A stretch of 64,000 nt of DNA from Candidatus Omnitrophota bacterium (lineage in GTDB: Bacteria; Omnitrophota; Omnitrophia; Omnitrophales; Aquincolibacteriaceae). How positions within the stretch are numbered: the stretch's first letter is position 1; every line of letters starts with the position of its first letter. Of the stretch, positions 62,801 to 64,000 are shown piece by piece. The notes beneath the pieces were generated by a model. It had not been told where the DNA came from. It worked only from the letters and a program-made list of their open reading frames with translations, and ran no database searches. The translations under genes were made by a program, and so were the position numbers. The stretch is taken from assembly GCA_043732705.1 (NCBI GenBank), contig JAYTHE010000029.1:70445-134444 (forward strand). Reading direction: 5' to 3'.

Positions 62801-63969
62801 TTAGATTCAGGAGAATTGAAGGGAATGGTTGCTAAATAATAACCCGCAACAATTCTCGCTTTTGCTTCTGAAAATTCTGAAATGTTTTGAAAATACTTCC
62901 TCAAAGCGGCCGGAGACGCACCCATGACTGCCGATAATAATGCGATGGTTTTGGCGCCAAAAATTTCGAAATGCATCAGAATGAGCCCATGATAACCTTC
63001 GAACATTTGTTCTGCGTTAAATCGATTCATCGGGTCATCACTCGCGCCTTGCTGAAGATCAACAACATGCTTTTTAAATTCTTCATATGCCGTTAAAAGG
63101 CTCCCAGCCGACAGATTGTCTTTCACTTCCAAAAGCCTGAAAAAATCTTCGTGGGCGTTTTTTTTGCGCTCGATTCCGGCGGCTTTAAAAAATGGCTCCG
63201 CCTCTTGCACATAGCCGCGAAGCCTTTCGATTTGCAATTTCTCCGAAAAGCGCTCTTCCGAAAAACTTTGACTATGATGATCTTCCGCGATTTTTTTTAA
63301 ATTATTTGTAAGCTGAGCATATTCGACAAGATTCATGATTTTGCTTACCAAGATAGCCAGCTTTGCTAAATGCGGGCCCGCCGCACCCCATCGCCCCCGC
63401 CCTTTGGTTGTTTGGGAAGCGAGATAGTTTTTAACTTGGACATAAGTGACACGCGTACCCAAATTCCGCCATAAACTAAAAAGTGTTTCCAGCTCTTTTA
63501 AAATTAAATCATCACGGGCAGAATGAATATTTAGCTCAGCCAATAAATCTAAGGCGCTATAAATTTCTTCCGTCGTTGGAATCGCTTGCCTCTCCGCGTT
63601 TTTGACAAAAGCAGCCGCTATTTCCACTGTATGGACATGAGCCGAAACAGCTTGAGAACTACTTTGTTTTTGGATTCTTTCACGCATATCCCACGCACGT
63701 TGATACTCACTCTTTTGTTTCCAATTCTTTTCTCCTGGGCCGGCAGATATAACAACGTTCAATGCCTCAAGAATATCCGTATCGCCGGCTTGAATCCTTT
63801 CAGAATAAAGCTTGGCAACAAGATCGCGGGGATCGGGAACATGAATTTGCCGTTCAACTAAATTGCTTCTGTTACCGTAAAACGTCATGGCGCTGACCCA
63901 TGCCGCGACTTGGTCAACTGTCTCGCGCCGCAAACCATTTGCACTTTCCAGAGCAAGCCACTCGGACAT
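53833..63969 (-). CDS. giant multidomain protein (3378 aa as read from ATG 63969; no in-frame stop upstream before window end): GT4 glycosyltransferase + Nudix hydrolase + duplicated 4-TM modules + recurrent RSEMR linkers
   Basis: single uninterrupted ORF; GT4 C-domain motif YESLGLMAIEAGAMEVPVV...EAEG; Nudix box GHVDFGELPIAAAGREAEEEVGI; tandem ~175-aa hydrophobic repeats. Confidence 0.8.
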   Translation of the reverse strand: MSEWLALESANGLRRETVDQVAAWVSAMTFYGNRSNLVERQIHVPDPRDLVAKLYSERIQAGDTDILEALNVVISAGPGEKNWKQKSEYQRAWDMRERIQKQSSSQAVSAHVHTVEIAAAFVKNAERQAIPTTEEIYSALDLLAELNIHSARDDLILKELETLFSLWRNLGTRVTYVQVKNYLASQTTKGRGRWGAAGPHLAKLAILVSKIMNLVEYAQLTNNLKKIAEDHHSQSFSEERFSEKLQIERLRGYVQEAEPFFKAAGIERKKNAHEDFFRLLEVKDNLSAGSLLTAYEEFKKHVVDLQQGASDDPMNRFNAEQMFEGYHGLILMHFEIFGAKTIALLSAVMGASPAALRKYFQNISEFSEAKARIVAGYYLATIPFNSPESNEVRQYVTAYPEERAHELQTIFNNQTHFDSVEILKRLKIGLFGIDLFEKLDEPKRKQVLAILNEMQSYAGRPDLSGYKRLRFAVQSNDLTWTRTDPKIFALYAMYPTGWHPHDLNQLSAQDLLVYRTLLVHLYMQGQNSDRLYHFLPQMRDWKLENSASPALVSPQLLAALTQHQAAAGQKYGLWPAGIGMMQITYIGYLPTVQTPVFSGKLQELKIKADDTGEFIKEGEFISGSIQNQSKNMPQSFGNLWVVKSLERAKIFKTNGHIWKKIALSKDGGRIYYLHAETGIVVSICVNVRQVEQDRKLYAAEVKKDLQKRKAEEALGDLKLRKKILDAVALYRSKLPAEAETDFPETQSEYGLGFKINPDGYDLLRQWFKDWTGSADWSESDIRWYVYASGIQEILDGWARLPVVRAILHLLQDEGAAIGHSESEFSHAYALKQIDAVIRAEAALREIHLAESPGTVEEWAQKAYAELNKLHASERQFLNILAGQLSPGEQMQQLITAYQFRSEIRGLDSITSPGFVRSESRKKPSKGEAKDIRSLSIAQLKHAIRMMTWGGLIFVFDEALCLLRRQTIGRENYWTWLDWLPDLFVPLSCSLIGYSGGAIFALFKGWVADLRAILLLTNIGVPVAFAIEELVTKWVPVPEWGLGTAYDPKDFIGYGLAAIAANLINRPPRWNEIKALFKEQRTRSEMRLAPPDPGSVPLDPGSSSVSRALFSTQLSHAIKMLGFGGAFLMWDQMLLVLRSQTIGKENYWTWLDWLPDLLFPLSCSLFGYGVTAIIFVYKGWLADLRTALLLSNVGVPLVFALEELMTKYVQLPSAFIWTTYDPKDFIGYGLAAIAANLINRPPRWNEIKSLSKKQNDRSEMRLAPPDPGSVSLDPRSGVVSRSEMRDVDWAYIERVKKTFPEQAANIRKFEKIFLKKDRTALLSAITSNLTSGIAMSPAFQISQQALSFADAILEFSIPSKVVSLEDYYEDKWAWTLMQSFAGGKKAIQFLFDELKPLKDEVWKNAKRNNHWSVAYIEILLEAIYLGQMFSPADRKARDNALAWAAQNLSLEPQRKLAKWYLENPYQRQGRKSVAEHRLLFLHRDTRAQKSNADYSSSAQIEKISFLTKRSRYGFLSDSPVYNIEADTDFKMGDRIIIGTVDALIVLEVSEDTAGGPEMIPVKLLNTQGRPEGKLINVSRDHAIRWKYQKASDRRSESRITEGAVKDFFRELNLLLNTDEIVTGFGPSAYEFSYVIKPKVEVESYYRSSGLPTEQQRILIDRYGRRGIQVGNQSDEMTNYKTEFWIDLDNSNLSFKAIIDLIEGTMDADSGHSNRRDIAAVQSLASGVDAAPDHFEFNQFQPWIEFRKKWDARSEMRRAGSSVRELTIVQVMDWEILRKGGMMTYVHRLNEELTRRYPVRIHIVYRAEKANTVGGELKHGQGTLIFHPISDFESYPNTPLGDFRWMKKIRAVVSEIARSEPVDVIHSHQMNSPFDFALFGIKRIPVVTTNHMPYRLYAGKARWFWPLKWVIRLIFNLAAPWLVPVLVGYTTVALPRLRDSRTRLIKASIDTDFEDPAKVDRAKAREKMLGDKKDRFMIFYPARFSKQKNQPELIEVARILREKRPDFKFQFVLMGPQDENREINLAVAVGIRRENLEDCFQILPAGSPTVVREGYRASDLVVFPTRYESLGLMAIEAGAMEVPVVSYEAEGVDQALSPDAGVFVKQGDREAMAEAILDLADHPEKRRAMGKAGRAFAVQSFSQQANAEKHFALYREMARSEMRNELIVGGDDVGNKQALLKLAERFIHEKIQREENKFLVKWLRFKMPKLEVKDALAEEFSEFLSKQPFAFAYWQPVFEKIKAENANEPARRIVSPQRFVESIPMLAEDLFLHTADYLDRSQTRRIFMQNLIGAFAALTANPAMTAFQIAAKGLLADGQLLQACLMPLWEVVFSAHRSNNHAFQFKGGRAVWFEFLAADIYQHEFELLNSWLKKNYFSIRNTAQWLRSHVPLWKEDEFGRGVFFALNKVGQPTLFATPYMNRGFFPVDSFEPLLQDTLPRLKRIADWLRSLSDETVEYLDLVRHLALRGPFHINFTNQRQEALKAAVRKHMTESEKSTQARQAAPKEGSLSELQWQRDYYQNRMIENLHGRADYEDYKADLEAQRQVEEKIRAFRQQMEALSAEEKKEESLFQGLMDALQQFDLLRQAEPADLILPPSEVRPEKSVRQEGFTSQGLAAPRSEMRQDVLILKGGKMGVESSEAVEGVALTDKHGNILSGRKAKKDEAHKKGFYHMSAHIYFVDSKGRLLFQKRSQNKASSKGKWQVSVNGHVDFGELPIAAAGREAEEEVGIRIDSDRFIPLTKQNGIYREYDLEDGVNREFTTAYLYFVSDAELKKIKENYNLNEIEEFHLVSVNFFETDIWKHPGEYSHTLHYLASPDGKVLFGKIKRAIAKRVRSEARDGEGPRGEPPDRFGVVMTLRPDNSRDEELHNQVASRGLFRPGKRVKVSGIYQFGIIPGVRTQAARFEVSFTAELERDQRKDLSHTGKILKLVRIKINSVDQEAVEIKLKSGVKGNLKMQLKENLASDGARKGFLVHVIPSGDSLQTGFIEPLEIKTAPAVTVPRSESQEVLRNSEDQSFSLVLARLKAASRDTTFTTKSFFAWDAKEKRKTEFNFSKYLDSLVARDQWIYGSDDEKTLADRFHGMKNTELLNDQEVQTLLKTMQDLRGISLEEVLNRMSEDGAMGLVHHVVNPFSRELSLTLMRQVKNPGQQREFSRQSMVNRILIRELIYRWNLPDNAVAADKVLRSEMRTKELIVSPQSQIEVTRMARNIFSVSFVNTMTRSEFSRFYGQYFGAPVLPTVMDKIMKSPADLVVLSPALVHQKGFLQDKRVLGDKLFAIYAENEQQRLEFKNLIEAKGFKGQGLVFVSPQDLAAQTHGKYARRSALMSQDDSSETVTLLRQMGDYRILTDQGIAKLFHSVGLDALAAQIFGVQLTLSAA

Positions 63970-64000
63970 CGCGAGCGTTTTAACATAATCATTCTCAGAG

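Overview
This 64-kb window comes from an unidentified bacterium of moderate GC content and is dominated by core information-processing and energy genes.

Layout:
- Positions 1–34.6 kb: one long minus-strand run of tuf/rpmG/tRNA-Trp/secE-nusG-rplKAJL-rpoBC followed by the str-S10-spc-alpha ribosomal-protein superoperon, with rpmD (L30) absent. Upstream of it on the minus strand sits tRNA-Thr, whose promoter lies in an AT-rich divergent spacer. Its 3' end is followed by an aspartate-family aminotransferase and the start of an Mfd-like gene.
- 35–49.5 kb, plus strand: gpmA, then a complete F1Fo ATP synthase operon (atpZ-like, atpBEFHAGDC) running without a break into nuoJKLMN.
- 49.5–53.8 kb: a small accessory stretch with lipoproteins, a Thr/Lys-rich secreted protein, small membrane proteins, an EVE-domain gene bracketed by ~105-bp inverted repeats, a DUF423 gene, and an isolated nuoI.
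- 53.8–64 kb: a single uninterrupted 3378-codon minus-strand ORF encoding a giant multidomain protein (GT4 glycosyltransferase, Nudix hydrolase, duplicated 4-TM modules, recurrent RSEMR linker motif). It lies 9 bp upstream of nuoI. No stop occurs upstream of its start codon before the window ends, so its true start may lie outside the window.

The most striking sequence-level feature is a dispersed family of ~35-bp palindromic elements with consensus CGGTTG-NGC-(3-9 nt)-GCN'-CAGAGCCAAAATATTAC. It has about 40 copies, occupying nearly every intergenic spacer of the ribosomal superoperon, with a 3:1 orientation bias and compensatory changes at the variable stem position. Several copies are embedded in-frame in ORF termini (aspC-like C-terminus, map C-terminus, rplE N-terminus, rpmC C-terminal tail), reminiscent of Rickettsia-type palindromic elements. 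A second ~90-bp MITE-like element occurs at three sites: between nuoK and nuoL, and on both sides of the EVE gene.
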